Source of the DNA: Escherichia coli
GTDB taxonomy: Bacteria; Pseudomonadota; Gammaproteobacteria; Enterobacterales; Enterobacteriaceae
Length of the DNA: 64,000 nt
NCBI RefSeq assembly: GCF_030013595.1
Contig: NZ_CP122768.1
Reading direction: 5' to 3' (one strand)
Below the pieces are notes generated by a model, which saw nothing but the letters and a program-made list of their open reading frames with translations, had not been told where the DNA came from and did not search any database. Shown piece after piece: positions 1-11,509 of the stretch (within the stretch, counting starts at the first letter, position 1; every line of letters starts with the position of its first letter). The position numbers and the translations under genes were made by a program.

Positions 1-344
1 TGTATAGTCAGCCTGGCCATGCATATTGGGTGGTTGAGTACGAGGGTGAAGTGGTCGGCGGCGGTGGGATTGCGCCATTAACCGGGAGTGAGTCGGACAT
101 TTGCGAACTGCAAAAGATGTATTTTCTTCCGGCTATTCGCGGTAAAGGGCTAGCGAAAAAACTGGCCGTAATGGCGATGGAGCAGGCACGAGAGATGGGC
201 TTCAAACGCTGCTATCTGGAAACGACCGCTTTTTTAAAGGAAGCCATTGCGCTTTATGAGCATTTGGGCTTTGAGCATATCGACTATGCGCTTGGCTGCA
301 CGGGCCATGTCGATTGTGAAGTGCGGATGCTACGCGAACTCTAA
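1..344 (+). CDS. yjgM: GNAT-family acetyltransferase, C-terminal part; gene starts upstream of window
   Basis: Reading frame open from window start to stop at 344 (ORF track 30..344); position next to rraB/argI as in E. coli. Confidence 0.7.
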   Translation, partial: YSQPGHAYWVVEYEGEVVGGGGIAPLTGSESDICELQKMYFLPAIRGKGLAKKLAVMAMEQAREMGFKRCYLETTAFLKEAIALYEHLGFEHIDYALGCTGHVDCEVRMLREL

Positions 345-381
345 AAAAATGCCCGCTAGTATGTGCTATCGGGCATTTTAA
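343..381. terminator. Bidirectional intrinsic terminator between convergent yjgM and rraB
   Basis: Hairpin atgcccg-N14-cgggcat flanked by A-run and T-run. Confidence 0.6.
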
Positions 382-389
382 TCAATTAA

Positions 390-806
390 TTAGTGGCGAA
401 CCCCGTCATCGTCTTCATCGACAAAATCTTCATCGTCGCCATCTTCGCCGTTAGGATCTTCAAAGTAAGTGCCCCAACCGTCGTACTCAACGTCAAATTT
501 CTCCGCCAGCGTCATCAGTTGTTCAACCTGGGCATCGATCAGATCGGCATTCAACGCGCACTCGCTGAGGATGTCGCAGCAAATCACGATATCACCATCT
601 TCAACTTCCAGCTCTTCTGGATCGGTCACTTCGTAACCGAGTTTAAACGCTTCAACTGCCGCTTTTTCCAGAGTTTCCAGATCGTCTGCGGAAAGATGGT
701 GTTCGATGGTGTACAGCGCGTCCGGATCGCTGCCATCTTCCAGTAATTCTTCAATAATCAAACGTGTTTCTTCACGCTGTTCTTCCAGTTGTTCCGGGTT
801 TGCCAT
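390..806 (-). CDS. rraB: RNase E inhibitor RraB (138 aa, acidic)
   Basis: ORF track 390..806; recognised protein sequence and length; highly acidic. Confidence 0.9.
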
Positions 807-903
807 GGCTCATTCCTCTTAATGTCCTGCCGATACTCTTATTGTCACACACCACTGACATTGCCTCCACCTTTGTGATAAAGATTTATGCTTTAGACTT
901 GCA

Positions 904-942
904 AATGAATAATCATCCATATAAATTGAATTTTAATTCATT
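904..942 (+). promoter_or_regulatory. Two ARG boxes (ArgR operator) overlapping the argI promoter
   Basis: aaTGAATaatcATcCAta and aatTGAATtttaATTCAt fit the TGAAT-N4-ATTCA ARG box pattern, about 30 bp upstream of argI. Confidence 0.55.
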
Positions 943-967
943 GAGGCGTTAGCCACAGGAGGGATCT

Positions 968-1972
968 ATGTCCGGGTTTTATCATAAGCATTTCCTGAAA
1001 TTACTCGATTTCACGCCAGCTGAACTCAACAGCCTGCTGCAGTTAGCCGCGAAGCTGAAAGCCGATAAGAAAAGCGGTAAAGAAGAAGCCAAACTCACTG
1101 GTAAAAACATCGCGCTCATCTTCGAAAAAGACTCGACCCGTACCCGATGCTCTTTCGAAGTTGCCGCATATGACCAGGGTGCTCGCGTTACTTATCTCGG
1201 CCCAAGCGGCAGCCAAATTGGTCATAAAGAGTCGATTAAAGACACTGCCCGCGTGCTTGGTCGCATGTATGACGGTATTCAGTATCGCGGCTATGGTCAG
1301 GAGATTGTCGAAACACTGGCGGAATACGCTGGCGTGCCGGTATGGAACGGCCTGACCAATGAGTTCCACCCCACTCAGCTGCTGGCGGATCTTCTCACCA
1401 TGCAGGAGCATTTGCCCGGCAAAGCGTTCAACGAAATGACGCTGGTCTATGCAGGTGACGCACGTAACAACATGGGCAATTCGATGCTCGAAGCTGCAGC
1501 GCTTACCGGTCTGGATTTGCGTCTGGTCGCGCCACAGGCATGCTGGCCAGAAGCTGCGCTGGTTACGGAATGCCGCGCCCTGGCACAGCAAAATGGCGGG
1601 AATATTACGCTAACGGAAGATGTAGCCAAGGGAGTAGAAGGTGCTGACTTTATCTATACCGATGTATGGGTGTCGATGGGGGAAGCAAAAGAGAAATGGG
1701 CAGAACGGATTGCATTACTGCGTGATTATCAGGTGAACAGCAAGATGATGCAGTTGACCGGTAACCCGGAGGTCAAATTCCTCCACTGCCTGCCCGCGTT
1801 TCATGACGACCAGACGACGCTTGGTAAGAAAATGGCGGAAGAGTTTGGCCTACATGGCGGAATGGAAGTGACTGATGAGGTCTTCGAATCTGCTGCCAGC
1901 ATTGTTTTTGATCAGGCGGAAAACCGCATGCATACCATCAAAGCGGTGATGGTCGCGACGCTCAGTAAATAA
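968..1972 (+). CDS. argI: Ornithine carbamoyltransferase (334 aa)
   Basis: ORF track; STRTRCSFE carbamoyl-phosphate motif and HCLP motif; next to rraB. Confidence 0.95.
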
Positions 1973-1988
1973 TTGACATCGCTATAAA

Positions 1989-2030
1989 GATGCCGGGAAA
2001 TACAAAAAATATCCCGGCATCATATTATTT
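1989..2030. terminator. Bidirectional terminator between convergent argI and yjgL
   Basis: Hairpin gatgccggga-N13-tcccggcatc followed by AT-rich run. Confidence 0.6.
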
Positions 2031-3697
2031 TATGCAGTGTGAGTTCTATTCTTCCACCCCAATTTTTCTATTACTGTTCGTAAATCTTCCGGAGGATTTA
2101 ATTTTTCTAACTGTTCTTTATTAATATATTCATATATATTTATTTTCCCATCCCGGAGGATTTTCATCATTCTTGTTCTAATTTTTAATTCATTCCCCAT
2201 CTTTTCTTCAAAAATCTTAACGACATAACCCGGTTGTTTTTTTACAATTTCATTTGTTTTTTCTTCATTACCATAAACATATCCTAACTCATTAAGATAC
2301 AGCTGTTCGCCCTCATACTTCTTAAGTAATTGATAGAAGTACCACTTCGCAAAATCAGGTTGCTTCATGAAAAAACCCTTCAAAAAAATATCATTTACTA
2401 AAATGCTGACAGGCACTTCATTAAATAGCAACTTAACATCATCAAATAACCTTAGTATTAAGCGTGATTTTTCTTGATTGCTTAAGTTAAAATCATTGAC
2501 ATATGCAACCAACTTATCCCAAATCAATTCATGTAATTCACAGCTATTTTTATAGGGTTCTTTATCGAGATTGAAAAATAAGGTCTCAGCTATTTTAATT
2601 TTAGATTGATCGCAGCTAAAATCTTTAGATTGATCGCGGCTAAAATCAATATAATTTATCACAGAGCATGCATGCTTTATCTTTGCTGAATCACCAATAT
2701 ATTGCATGCTTTTATTAAAACACCAATCCAGTATTCTTACATCATTAATATATGGGGATTTTAAAAAAGTCTCCAGAATCGAAACAATGACCGGTGCAAG
2801 GTTAACTTTTGCATCATCTAAGGAATCAATAAGAATATGAGACAGGTTAACTTTGATGTCATTAATTTCATTGTCAGTAGCTTTTTTATTATTAATAAGA
2901 TAATTATTTAATACGTTAAGGTCATCTATTTCTTTCAGTATCCCTTTTTTACCCAGCAAGTATGAAATCGATTCATTACATACATAAGGTATTAATAGCA
3001 GATGTTCTTTCCTTATTGCTAATAATGCATTATTCAATGATTTTTCTAATAAATCCGTAATCGTAGAATCAACTGAACCTTTACAACTCACCTGCGAGTT
3101 ATTTAAGTCATGAGAATTATTTAACTCCTGCGGAATATTTAATAGACGAGCTATTTCCTTGTTAGCTTCGCGTTGGTAACACGCCAGAATCTTGTTAGTA
3201 ATCAGGTGTAATGAACTCTCATCTTTTCTTTCAAAGGACTTCCCTTCATAACGATTAGTCGAACCATCAGATTGTTGAAATATAATAGCCGTATGTCCTT
3301 GACGAGTCCCCATAGTAGTGATAGTGGAAAGTGTAATTTCTATTTCCACCTTAGATAAATCTGCTCGTTCCCCTTCAGGATTATTCATAACAAACTTCAT
3401 TATCTCACTGCCATCATTATTTTTGATATAAGATGAGGACTCAATATGAGCCATCATATTTCTTCCCGCTTCATTGGAGCGTTTGCTAAAATCCACATAA
3501 CCCAGGGTAAATATTTTTACCAAAAACTCCAAAAATGTCTTAGGATCAAGGATATTTCTTGTATTATCCTGCCCCTCGGCATTACGGGCAAAATTATTCA
3601 TTCCAACACGCCAGGTATTTATAACTTCACTTTTTTGTTTAAAATTGTCGGCTGATGTAATGTGTTGAGAAAAATTCCAACCTGATATTTTGCTCAT
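2030..3697 (-). CDS. yjgL: Uncharacterised AT-rich protein (555 aa here), YjgL-like
   Basis: ORF track; very low GC relative to flanks; Asn/Lys/Ile-rich; position between argI and tabA. Confidence 0.75.
   Translation of the reverse strand: MSKISGWNFSQHITSADNFKQKSEVINTWRVGMNNFARNAEGQDNTRNILDPKTFLEFLVKIFTLGYVDFSKRSNEAGRNMMAHIESSSYIKNNDGSEIMKFVMNNPEGERADLSKVEIEITLSTITTMGTRQGHTAIIFQQSDGSTNRYEGKSFERKDESSLHLITNKILACYQREANKEIARLLNIPQELNNSHDLNNSQVSCKGSVDSTITDLLEKSLNNALLAIRKEHLLLIPYVCNESISYLLGKKGILKEIDDLNVLNNYLINNKKATDNEINDIKVNLSHILIDSLDDAKVNLAPVIVSILETFLKSPYINDVRILDWCFNKSMQYIGDSAKIKHACSVINYIDFSRDQSKDFSCDQSKIKIAETLFFNLDKEPYKNSCELHELIWDKLVAYVNDFNLSNQEKSRLILRLFDDVKLLFNEVPVSILVNDIFLKGFFMKQPDFAKWYFYQLLKKYEGEQLYLNELGYVYGNEEKTNEIVKKQPGYVVKIFEEKMGNELKIRTRMMKILRDGKINIYEYINKEQLEKLNPPEDLRTVIEKLGWKNRTHTA
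2601..2648 (-). repeat. In-frame 24-bp tandem direct repeat (2 copies) inside yjgL
   Basis: ttagattgatcgcagctaaaatct / ttagattgatcgcggctaaaatca; encodes DFS(R/C)DQSK twice. Confidence 0.8.
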
Positions 3698-3819
3698 GAC
3701 GAACTCCTTAAGTTAATAAGAACGTCTAAGCATTACAAATTTTACTCACAAAAAAATATCAAAAAACGCTCTTTTCACAAACTCGCCGTAAACCTGGAGT
3801 TATTTACGGCGAAAAGTCA

Positions 3820-4284
<465 letters not shown>

Positions 4285-4416
4285 TTAATTAAAACAATGT
4301 TTCATTTCTATCGTTATACGAAAAGATGATCAATTACGCTAGCCTTAACGCGTGAATTATTGTCTTATCACAACTTATCGGCAGGCGCGTTCCCGCCTTT
4401 CGGATCAAGGCCAGCA

Positions 4417-5010
4417 TCACTCCTTGAGAAGAGTTTTTATCGCTTCCCCCGCCAGGGCAGCTGTTGCACAGAGTTGTTCGATGGAGTGCCCCTCCCGTGC
4501 CTTCGCAGAAAGCCCTGACATCACGGTACTCATAAAATCAGTCACACATTGTGCGCTTTGTGGATGCCGCCTGGCGATATAGTCATAAATGGTCGTTTCT
4601 GCGGCGTGATAATATTGAACGGCAATATCACGCGCTTGTGGATCATGACTATGAATACCTTCAAGAACCATACAGCCAGCGCAGCCGCCGTTTTGGCTAT
4701 ATCTGCGCGCCGCTTCTTTTAATACCTCAACCAGGCACTCGCCTACCGGACGATCATCACGAAGAATATCGGCAAGCGGAATAGCTTCCGTACCGACATA
4801 TTCATTGAGTACACGGCTAAACAACCCAGCCTTACTGCCAAAAGCCGCGTAGAGGCTCGGGGGGTTAATACCAAGATAATCAGTAACTTCAGCAACACTG
4901 ACTGCATCGAAACCTTTTTGGTGAAAAAGCACTTTTGCCGCAGAGACTGCCTGCTCAGGAGCGAAACGTCTGGGGCGACCTGGAACGCGAGATTGTTTTT
5001 TAGTGACCAT
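4417..5010 (-). CDS. bdcR: TetR-family transcriptional regulator (197 aa)
   Basis: ORF track; N-terminal HTH typical of TetR family; divergent from bdcA. Confidence 0.85.
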   Translation of the reverse strand: MVTKKQSRVPGRPRRFAPEQAVSAAKVLFHQKGFDAVSVAEVTDYLGINPPSLYAAFGSKAGLFSRVLNEYVGTEAIPLADILRDDRPVGECLVEVLKEAARRYSQNGGCAGCMVLEGIHSHDPQARDIAVQYYHAAETTIYDYIARRHPQSAQCVTDFMSTVMSGLSAKAREGHSIEQLCATAALAGEAIKTLLKE

Positions 5011-5080
5011 TACAAAACTTGTTGACAGAAAGTTAAAACAGTTTTGTAATGCATGTTACATAATAAATCAAGGAGTCCTT

Positions 5081-5794
5081 ATGGGCGCTTTTACAGGTAA
5101 GACAGTTCTCATCCTCGGTGGCAGCCGTGGAATCGGTGCCGCTATCGTACGTCGTTTCGTCACCGATGGGGCCAATGTACGATTCACCTATGCGGGGTCG
5201 AAAGATGCCGCTGAACGCCTGGCACAAGAGACTGGAGCGACAGCAGTATTCACAGATAGTGCTGACAGAGACGCTGTTATTGATGTCGTTCGTAAGAGCG
5301 GCGCATTGGATATCCTGGTGGTAAATGCAGGTATTGGCGTCTTTGGCGATGCCCTGGAATTAAATGCCGACGATATTGATCGCCTTTTCAAAATCAATAT
5401 TCATGCTCCTTATCATGCCTCTGTTGAAGCCGCCCGGCAGATGCCCGAAGGCGGGCGCATCTTAATCATCGGCTCCGTGAATGGCGATCGTATGCCTGTT
5501 GCAGGCATGGCTGCTTATGCCGCCAGTAAATCTGCCCTGCAAGGCATGGCGCGCGGGCTGGCCCGTGATTTTGGACCGCGAGGGATCACCATCAACGTCG
5601 TCCAGCCAGGACCAATTGATACCGACGCTAATCCCGCCAACGGGCCAATGCGCGATATGTTGCATAGTTTTATGGCCATCAAAAGACATGGGCAACCGGA
5701 AGAGGTCGCTGGTATGGTCGCATGGTTAGCAGGGCCAGAAGCCAGTTTTGTTACCGGCGCGATGCATACCATTGATGGCGCGTTTGGCGCATAA
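5081..5794 (+). CDS. bdcA: Short-chain dehydrogenase/reductase, c-di-GMP-binding BdcA (237 aa)
   Basis: ORF track 5003..5794 trimmed to Met at 5081 with aggag RBS; GxxxGxG Rossmann motif. Confidence 0.9.
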   Translation: MGAFTGKTVLILGGSRGIGAAIVRRFVTDGANVRFTYAGSKDAAERLAQETGATAVFTDSADRDAVIDVVRKSGALDILVVNAGIGVFGDALELNADDIDRLFKINIHAPYHASVEAARQMPEGGRILIIGSVNGDRMPVAGMAAYAASKSALQGMARGLARDFGPRGITINVVQPGPIDTDANPANGPMRDMLHSFMAIKRHGQPEEVAGMVAWLAGPEASFVTGAMHTIDGAFGA

Positions 5795-5924
5795 CCGACT
5801 ACGCTCAATTAAGCCCAGCCATTATCCATGATGTCTGGGCTTTGTTTACTTACGTCGTCCGCTAAAAGCGGCTCCCGGTAAATATAAATCTTCTGTTCAT
5901 GTCGTAAATCTTGAGGATAACCAA

Positions 5925-6320
5925 ATGGTAGAAAGAACCGCTGTTTTCCCTGCTGGCCGACATTCACTGTATGCTGAGCATCGTTATTCTGCGGCTATTC
6001 GTTCCGGCGATTTGCTGTTTGTTTCCGGGCAAGTAGGAAGTCGAGAGGACGGAACACCAGAACCCGATTTTCAGCAACAAGTCAGACTGGCCTTTGATAA
6101 TTTGCATGCGACCCTGGCTGCTGCGGGATGCACTTTTGACGATATCATTGATGTTACGAGCTTTCATACCGATCCAGAAAAACAATTTGAAGACATCATG
6201 ACGGTCAAAAATGAAATATTTAGCGCCCCACCTTATCCAAACTGGACGGCGGTGGGTGTTACCTGGCTGGCAGGCTTTGATTTTGAAATTAAAGTGATAG
6301 CGCGCATCCCTGCGCAGTAA
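5925..6320 (+). CDS. yjgH: RidA/YjgF-family (RutC-like) protein (131 aa)
   Basis: ORF track; family fold recognisable from sequence. Confidence 0.85.
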   Translation: MVERTAVFPAGRHSLYAEHRYSAAIRSGDLLFVSGQVGSREDGTPEPDFQQQVRLAFDNLHATLAAAGCTFDDIIDVTSFHTDPEKQFEDIMTVKNEIFSAPPYPNWTAVGVTWLAGFDFEIKVIARIPAQ

Positions 6321-6600
6321 GCAATAGTGTTAGCCGTTCGTTTTCACACTCCGCCCTATAAGTCGGATGAATGGAATAAAATGCATATCTGATTGCGTGA
6401 AAGTGAAAAAGAAAAAAGCAGGAAATGTCTGCAATTATTGATACCGAACGACAGTTCTCCCCCAGAATCACATCAAATAAAAATGCATGTATTTTGACTT
6501 TTAATTCAAATAAACCGTTTGCGCTGACAAAATATTGCATCAAATGCTTGCACCGCTTCTGACGATGAGTATAATGCCGGACAATTTGCCGGGAGGATGT

Positions 6601-6735
6601 ATGGTTCAGTGTGTTCGACATTTTGTCTTACCGCGTCTGAAAAAAGACGCTGGCCTGCCGTTTTTCTTCCCGTTGATCACCCATTCCCAGCCCCTCAATC
6701 GAGGGGCTTTTTTTTGCCCAGGCGTCAGGAGATAA
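6601..6735 (+). CDS. pyrL: pyrBI operon leader peptide (44 aa)
   Basis: ATG at 6601, MVQCVRHFVLPRLKKDAGLPFFFPLITHSQPLNRGAFFCPGVRR, ends 4 nt before pyrB. Confidence 0.9.
   Translation: MVQCVRHFVLPRLKKDAGLPFFFPLITHSQPLNRGAFFCPGVRR
6691..6716 (+). terminator. pyrBI attenuator (rho-independent terminator inside pyrL)
   Basis: cccctc-aatc-gagggg hairpin followed by T8 run. Confidence 0.85.
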
Positions 6736-6738
6736 AAG

Positions 6739-7674
6739 ATGGCTAATCCGCTATATCAGAAACATATCATTTCCATAAACGACCTTAGTCGCGATGACCT
6801 TAATCTGGTGCTGGCGACAGCGGCGAAACTGAAAGCAAACCCGCAACCAGAGCTGTTGAAGCACAAAGTCATTGCCAGCTGTTTCTTCGAAGCCTCTACC
6901 CGTACCCGCCTCTCTTTCGAAACTTCCATGCACCGCCTGGGTGCCAGCGTGGTGGGCTTCTCCGACAGCGCCAATACATCACTGGGTAAAAAAGGCGAAA
7001 CGCTGGCCGATACCATTTCGGTTATCAGCACTTACGTCGATGCGATAGTGATGCGTCATCCGCAGGAAGGTGCGGCGCGCCTGGCCACCGAATTTTCTGG
7101 CAATGTACCGGTACTGAATGCCGGTGATGGCTCCAACCAACATCCGACGCAAACCTTGCTGGACTTATTCACCATTCAGGAAACCCAGGGGCGTCTGGAC
7201 AATCTCCACGTCGCAATGGTTGGTGACCTGAAATATGGCCGCACCGTTCACTCCCTGACTCAGGCGTTAGCGAAGTTCGACGGCAACCGTTTTTACTTCA
7301 TCGCGCCGGACGCGCTGGCAATGCCGCAATACATCCTTGATATGCTCGATGAAAAAGGGATCGCCTGGAGTCTGCACAGCTCTATTGAAGAAGTAATGGC
7401 GGAAGTAGACATCCTGTACATGACCCGCGTGCAAAAAGAGCGTCTGGACCCGTCCGAGTACGCCAACGTGAAAGCGCAGTTTGTTCTTCGCGCCAGCGAT
7501 CTTCACAACGCCAAAGCCAATATGAAAGTGCTGCATCCGCTGCCGCGTGTTGATGAGATTGCCACCGATGTTGATAAAACGCCACACGCCTGGTACTTCC
7601 AGCAGGCAGGCAACGGAATTTTCGCTCGCCAGGCGTTACTGGCACTGGTTCTGAATCGCGATCTGGTACTGTAA
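6739..7674 (+). CDS. pyrB: Aspartate carbamoyltransferase catalytic subunit (311 aa)
   Basis: ORF track; STRTR motif, HPxQ motif. Confidence 0.97.
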
Positions 7675-7686
7675 GGGGAAATAGAG

Positions 7687-8148
7687 ATGACACACGATAA
7701 TAAATTGCAGGTTGAAGCTATTAAACGCGGCACGGTAATTGACCATATCCCCGCCCAGATCGGTTTTAAACTATTGAGTCTGTTCAAGCTGACCGAAACG
7801 GATCAGCGGATCACCATTGGTCTGAACCTGCCTTCTGGCGAGATGGGCCGCAAAGATCTGATCAAAATCGAAAATACCTTTTTGAGTGAAGATCAGGTAG
7901 ATCAACTGGCATTGTATGCGCCGCAAGCCACGGTAAATCGTATCGACAACTATGAAGTGGTTGGTAAATCGCGCCCCAGTCTGCCGGAGCGCATCGACAA
8001 TGTGCTGGTCTGCCCGAACAGCAACTGTATCAGCCATGCCGAACCGGTTTCTTCCAGCTTTGCCGTGCGAAAACGCGCCAATGACATCGCGCTCAAATGC
8101 AAATACTGTGAAAAAGAGTTTTCCCATAATGTGGTGCTGGCCAATTAA
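7687..8148 (+). CDS. pyrI: Aspartate carbamoyltransferase regulatory subunit (153 aa)
   Basis: ORF track; C-terminal Zn-binding CxxxxC...CxxC. Confidence 0.97.
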
Positions 8149-8220
8149 TTGCGGTTGGTAATAAAAGTCTGGCTCCCTATAATGAGCCAGACTTTTTACC
8201 GCTGTAATAAAGGAGAAATC

Positions 8221-8607
8221 ATGAGCAAAACTATCGCGACGGAAAATGCACCGGCAGCTATCGGTCCTTACGTACAGGGCGTTGATCTGGGCAATATGAT
8301 CATCACCTCCGGTCAGATCCCGGTAAATCCGAAAACGGGCGAAGTACCGGCAGACGTCGCTGCACAGGCACGTCAGTCGCTGGATAACGTAAAAGCGATC
8401 GTCGAAGCCGCTGGTCTGAAAGTGGGCGACATCGTTAAAACCACTGTGTTTGTGAAAGATCTGAACGACTTCGCAACCGTAAACGCCACTTACGAAGCGT
8501 TCTTCACCGAGCACAATGCCACCTTCCCGGCACGTTCTTGCGTTGAAGTTGCCCGTCTGCCGAAAGACGTGAAGATTGAGATCGAAGCGATCGCTGTTCG
8601 TCGCTAA
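8221..8607 (+). CDS. ridA: Enamine/imine deaminase RidA (128 aa)
   Basis: ORF track 8149..8607 trimmed to MSKTIATENAPAAIGPYVQG start at 8221. Confidence 0.95.
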   Translation: MSKTIATENAPAAIGPYVQGVDLGNMIITSGQIPVNPKTGEVPADVAAQARQSLDNVKAIVEAAGLKVGDIVKTTVFVKDLNDFATVNATYEAFFTEHNATFPARSCVEVARLPKDVKIEIEAIAVRR

Positions 8608-8654
8608 TCTTGATGGAAATCCGGGCTATCATGCCCGGATTAAGTCTGATGACA

Positions 8655-8765
8655 AAAGCAAAATCGCCCGATGCGCTACGCTTATCAGGCCTATGTGATT
8701 CCTGCAATTTATTGAATTTGTAGGCCGGATTGGGCGTTTACGCCGCATCCGGCATGAACAAAGCT
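8655..8765. repeat. REP/BIME-type palindromic repeats
   Basis: gcccgatgcgctacgcttatcaggcctat and gccggattgggcgtttacgccgcatccggc REP-like units. Confidence 0.6.
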
Positions 8766-8812
8766 CACTTTGTCTGCAATATGAATCCGGGCCACTATGC
8801 CCAGTTTATTCT

Positions 8813-11509
8813 TTACTGCCAGCCGTAACGACGGCTATAGAACCCTTTCACCAACTGGGTTAACGTCATATACCCTGCCAGAATCGCAACCAGCCACGGG
8901 AAATAGCTTAACGGCAGCGCCTGCAGCTGCAGATAACTGGCCAGCGGTGAAAACGGCAATGCGATCCCGACAATCATCACGATCACGGTCATGATCATTA
9001 ACGGCCACGATGCACAGCTCTGAATAAACGGTACACGACGGGTGCGGATCATATGCACAATCAGCGTTTGCGACAGTAAGCCCACCACAAACCAGCCCGA
9101 CTGGAACAGCGTTTGCGTTTCCGGCGTGTTGGCATGGAATACCCACCACATCAGGCAAAACGTCAGAATATCGAAGATCGAGCTGATCGGTCCGAAGAAG
9201 ATCATAAAGCGCCCCAGATCCGCCGGATTCCAACGCTGCGGCTTTTGAATTTGCTCGTCGTCGACGTTATCAAACGGGATCGCCACCTGTGACACATCGT
9301 ACAGCAGGTTCTGAATAAGCAAGTGTAACGGCAACATCGGCAGGAAGGGCAAGAAAGCACTCGCCACCAGCACGCTGAACACATTACCGAAGTTAGAACT
9401 CGCCGTCATTTTGATGTATTTCAGCATGTTGGCGAAAGTGCGACGTCCCTCAATAACCCCCTCTTCCAGCACCATCAGGCTTTTTTCCAGCAGGATGATA
9501 TCAGCCGCTTCACGGGCAATATCTACCGCGCCGTCCACAGAAATGCCGATATCCGCAGCACGTAAGGCGGGCGCATCATTTATACCATCGCCCATAAAGC
9601 CAACCACATGCCCTTCGCGCTTCAGTAAGGTCACAATGCGTTCTTTATGCATCGGCGTCAGGCGAGCAAACAGCGTGGTGCGCTGTGCGAGATTTGCCAG
9701 TTCGTCGTCAGATAGCGTTTCAATATCACTACCAATGACCACCTCTCCCGCGTCCAGCCCCACTTCATGGCACACTTTCGCTGCAACTAACTCACTGTCG
9801 CCAGTAAGGATTTTTACGGTAATGCCACTCGCTTTTAATGCCTTCAGTGCCGGAGCAGTTGTCTCTTTTGGCGGATCAAGGAAAGCAATATATCCTTCGA
9901 GGATCAGGTCGGATTCATCCGCCCGCTGGTAATCTCCTTCACGCGCTGGCAGGTATTTCGTCGCCACCGCAACCACGCGCAGCCCCTGACGATTCAGCGT
10001 ATCAGTAACCCGCTTAATCTTACGCAGCATGATGTCATCGAGCGGCACAATCTCGCCATTGTGACGCACCTGCGAACACACATTGAGGATTTCCTGCAAT
10101 GCACCTTTGCAAACCAGCTGATGGTGCTCGGTATTTTCTGCCACTACCACCGACATCCGGCGACGCTCGAAATCAAACGGAATCTCATCAATTTTTTGCC
10201 AACGGCTGGCCAGCGAGCGCGCTGACTCTTCATCCGTACCTTCGAGCACCGCGGTATCAAGCAGGTTTTTAAGTCCGGTCTGGTAATGACTGTTCAACCA
10301 CGCGCTATGCAGCACGCGTTCGCTGGTTTTACCGGAGATATCGGTATGATTCTCCAGCACAATTTTATCCTGCGTCAGGGTGCCGGTTTTATCAGTGCAC
10401 AGAATATCCATTGCGCCAAAGTTCTGAATGGCATCCAGATGCTTGACGATCACTTTCTGTTTCGACAGCTTTACTGCGCCGCGCGCCAGCGTCGAGGTAA
10501 CAATCATCGGCAACATTTCTGGCGTTAAGCCTACCGCGACCGAAAGCGCAAACAGTGCCGCTTCCCACCAGTCACCTTTGGTGTAACCGTTGATAAGCAA
10601 CACCACCGGAGCCATCACCAGCATAAAGCGAATCAGCAGCATACTGACGCGGCTGATCCCTTGCTGAAAGGCATTCGGCTCGCTTTCCTGCTCACTAACA
10701 CGCCCCGCCAGTTGACCAAACCAGGTGTTGGCTCCTGTAGCAATCACCATTGCTTGTGCCGTGCCGCTCACCACGGTGGTGCCCATAAAACACAGGGTGT
10801 CGCACTCCAGCGGATTGCTGTGCTCCGGCTGGCGAGTAGTAGCGGCTTTTTCCACGGGCAGAGACTCACCGGTTAACGACGCCTGAGCGACGAACAGATC
10901 CCGCGCCTGCAAGATACGTAAATCTGCCGGGATCATATCCCCCGCCGCCAGTTTTATAATATCGCCGGGCACCAGCTGGTCGATCGGGATCTCCAGCCAG
11001 CCATTTTCGCCTTTGTCGTTAATTACGCGCAGCACCGTCGCGGTATTGCTGACCATCGCTTTCAGGGCATCTGCCGCTTTAGTGGAACGTGCTTCCTGAA
11101 TAAAGTTCAGCAACGTAGAAATAGCGACCATTAGCGCGATAACACCCGCGGCAAATAAATCTTCCGTGGCGTAAGAAATAGCGCCGAGAATGGTGAGTAA
11201 AATATTAAAGGGGTTGCGATAGCAGACCCATAAATGAACCCACCACGGCGACGGTTGTTGTGCGGGTAATTTATTTTCACCATGTTGTTCGCGGGCAGAT
11301 TCCACTTCCGCCTGATTTAATCCTTCCGGATGGGTGTCGAACGTTTTCCACAATTCTTCTTCGGGCATCACCGCCATTTTCAGGCAATGCGCACTTAAGG
11401 AGGGCGGGACCGCCGTATTCACTGTCTGCTGCGCGCCAGGCAATGGATCGCGATGAACCAGACGGGAAGGTAAATGGCGAATGAACCGGGTAAAAATTTC
11501 TTTAAACAT
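8813..11509 (-). CDS. mgtA: Mg2+-importing P-type ATPase (898 aa)
   Basis: ORF track; DKTGTLT phosphorylation motif, TGDGxNDAP motif. Confidence 0.95.
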   Translation of the reverse strand: MFKEIFTRFIRHLPSRLVHRDPLPGAQQTVNTAVPPSLSAHCLKMAVMPEEELWKTFDTHPEGLNQAEVESAREQHGENKLPAQQPSPWWVHLWVCYRNPFNILLTILGAISYATEDLFAAGVIALMVAISTLLNFIQEARSTKAADALKAMVSNTATVLRVINDKGENGWLEIPIDQLVPGDIIKLAAGDMIPADLRILQARDLFVAQASLTGESLPVEKAATTRQPEHSNPLECDTLCFMGTTVVSGTAQAMVIATGANTWFGQLAGRVSEQESEPNAFQQGISRVSMLLIRFMLVMAPVVLLINGYTKGDWWEAALFALSVAVGLTPEMLPMIVTSTLARGAVKLSKQKVIVKHLDAIQNFGAMDILCTDKTGTLTQDKIVLENHTDISGKTSERVLHSAWLNSHYQTGLKNLLDTAVLEGTDEESARSLASRWQKIDEIPFDFERRRMSVVVAENTEHHQLVCKGALQEILNVCSQVRHNGEIVPLDDIMLRKIKRVTDTLNRQGLRVVAVATKYLPAREGDYQRADESDLILEGYIAFLDPPKETTAPALKALKASGITVKILTGDSELVAAKVCHEVGLDAGEVVIGSDIETLSDDELANLAQRTTLFARLTPMHKERIVTLLKREGHVVGFMGDGINDAPALRAADIGISVDGAVDIAREAADIILLEKSLMVLEEGVIEGRRTFANMLKYIKMTASSNFGNVFSVLVASAFLPFLPMLPLHLLIQNLLYDVSQVAIPFDNVDDEQIQKPQRWNPADLGRFMIFFGPISSIFDILTFCLMWWVFHANTPETQTLFQSGWFVVGLLSQTLIVHMIRTRRVPFIQSCASWPLMIMTVIVMIVGIALPFSPLASYLQLQALPLSYFPWLVAILAGYMTLTQLVKGFYSRRYGWQ

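Noticed and set aside
8149-8220. N-terminal extensions of the longest ORFs (ridA from 8149; likewise treC from 14278, msrA from 37533, fklB to 50498, ulaA to 61102)
   Set aside because: Extensions lack RBS support and the internal Met gives the known protein N-terminus; longest-ORF artefact
8655-8765. REP/BIME clusters as possible novel small RNAs
   Set aside because: Sequences match the common enterobacterial REP palindrome family found in many intergenic regions
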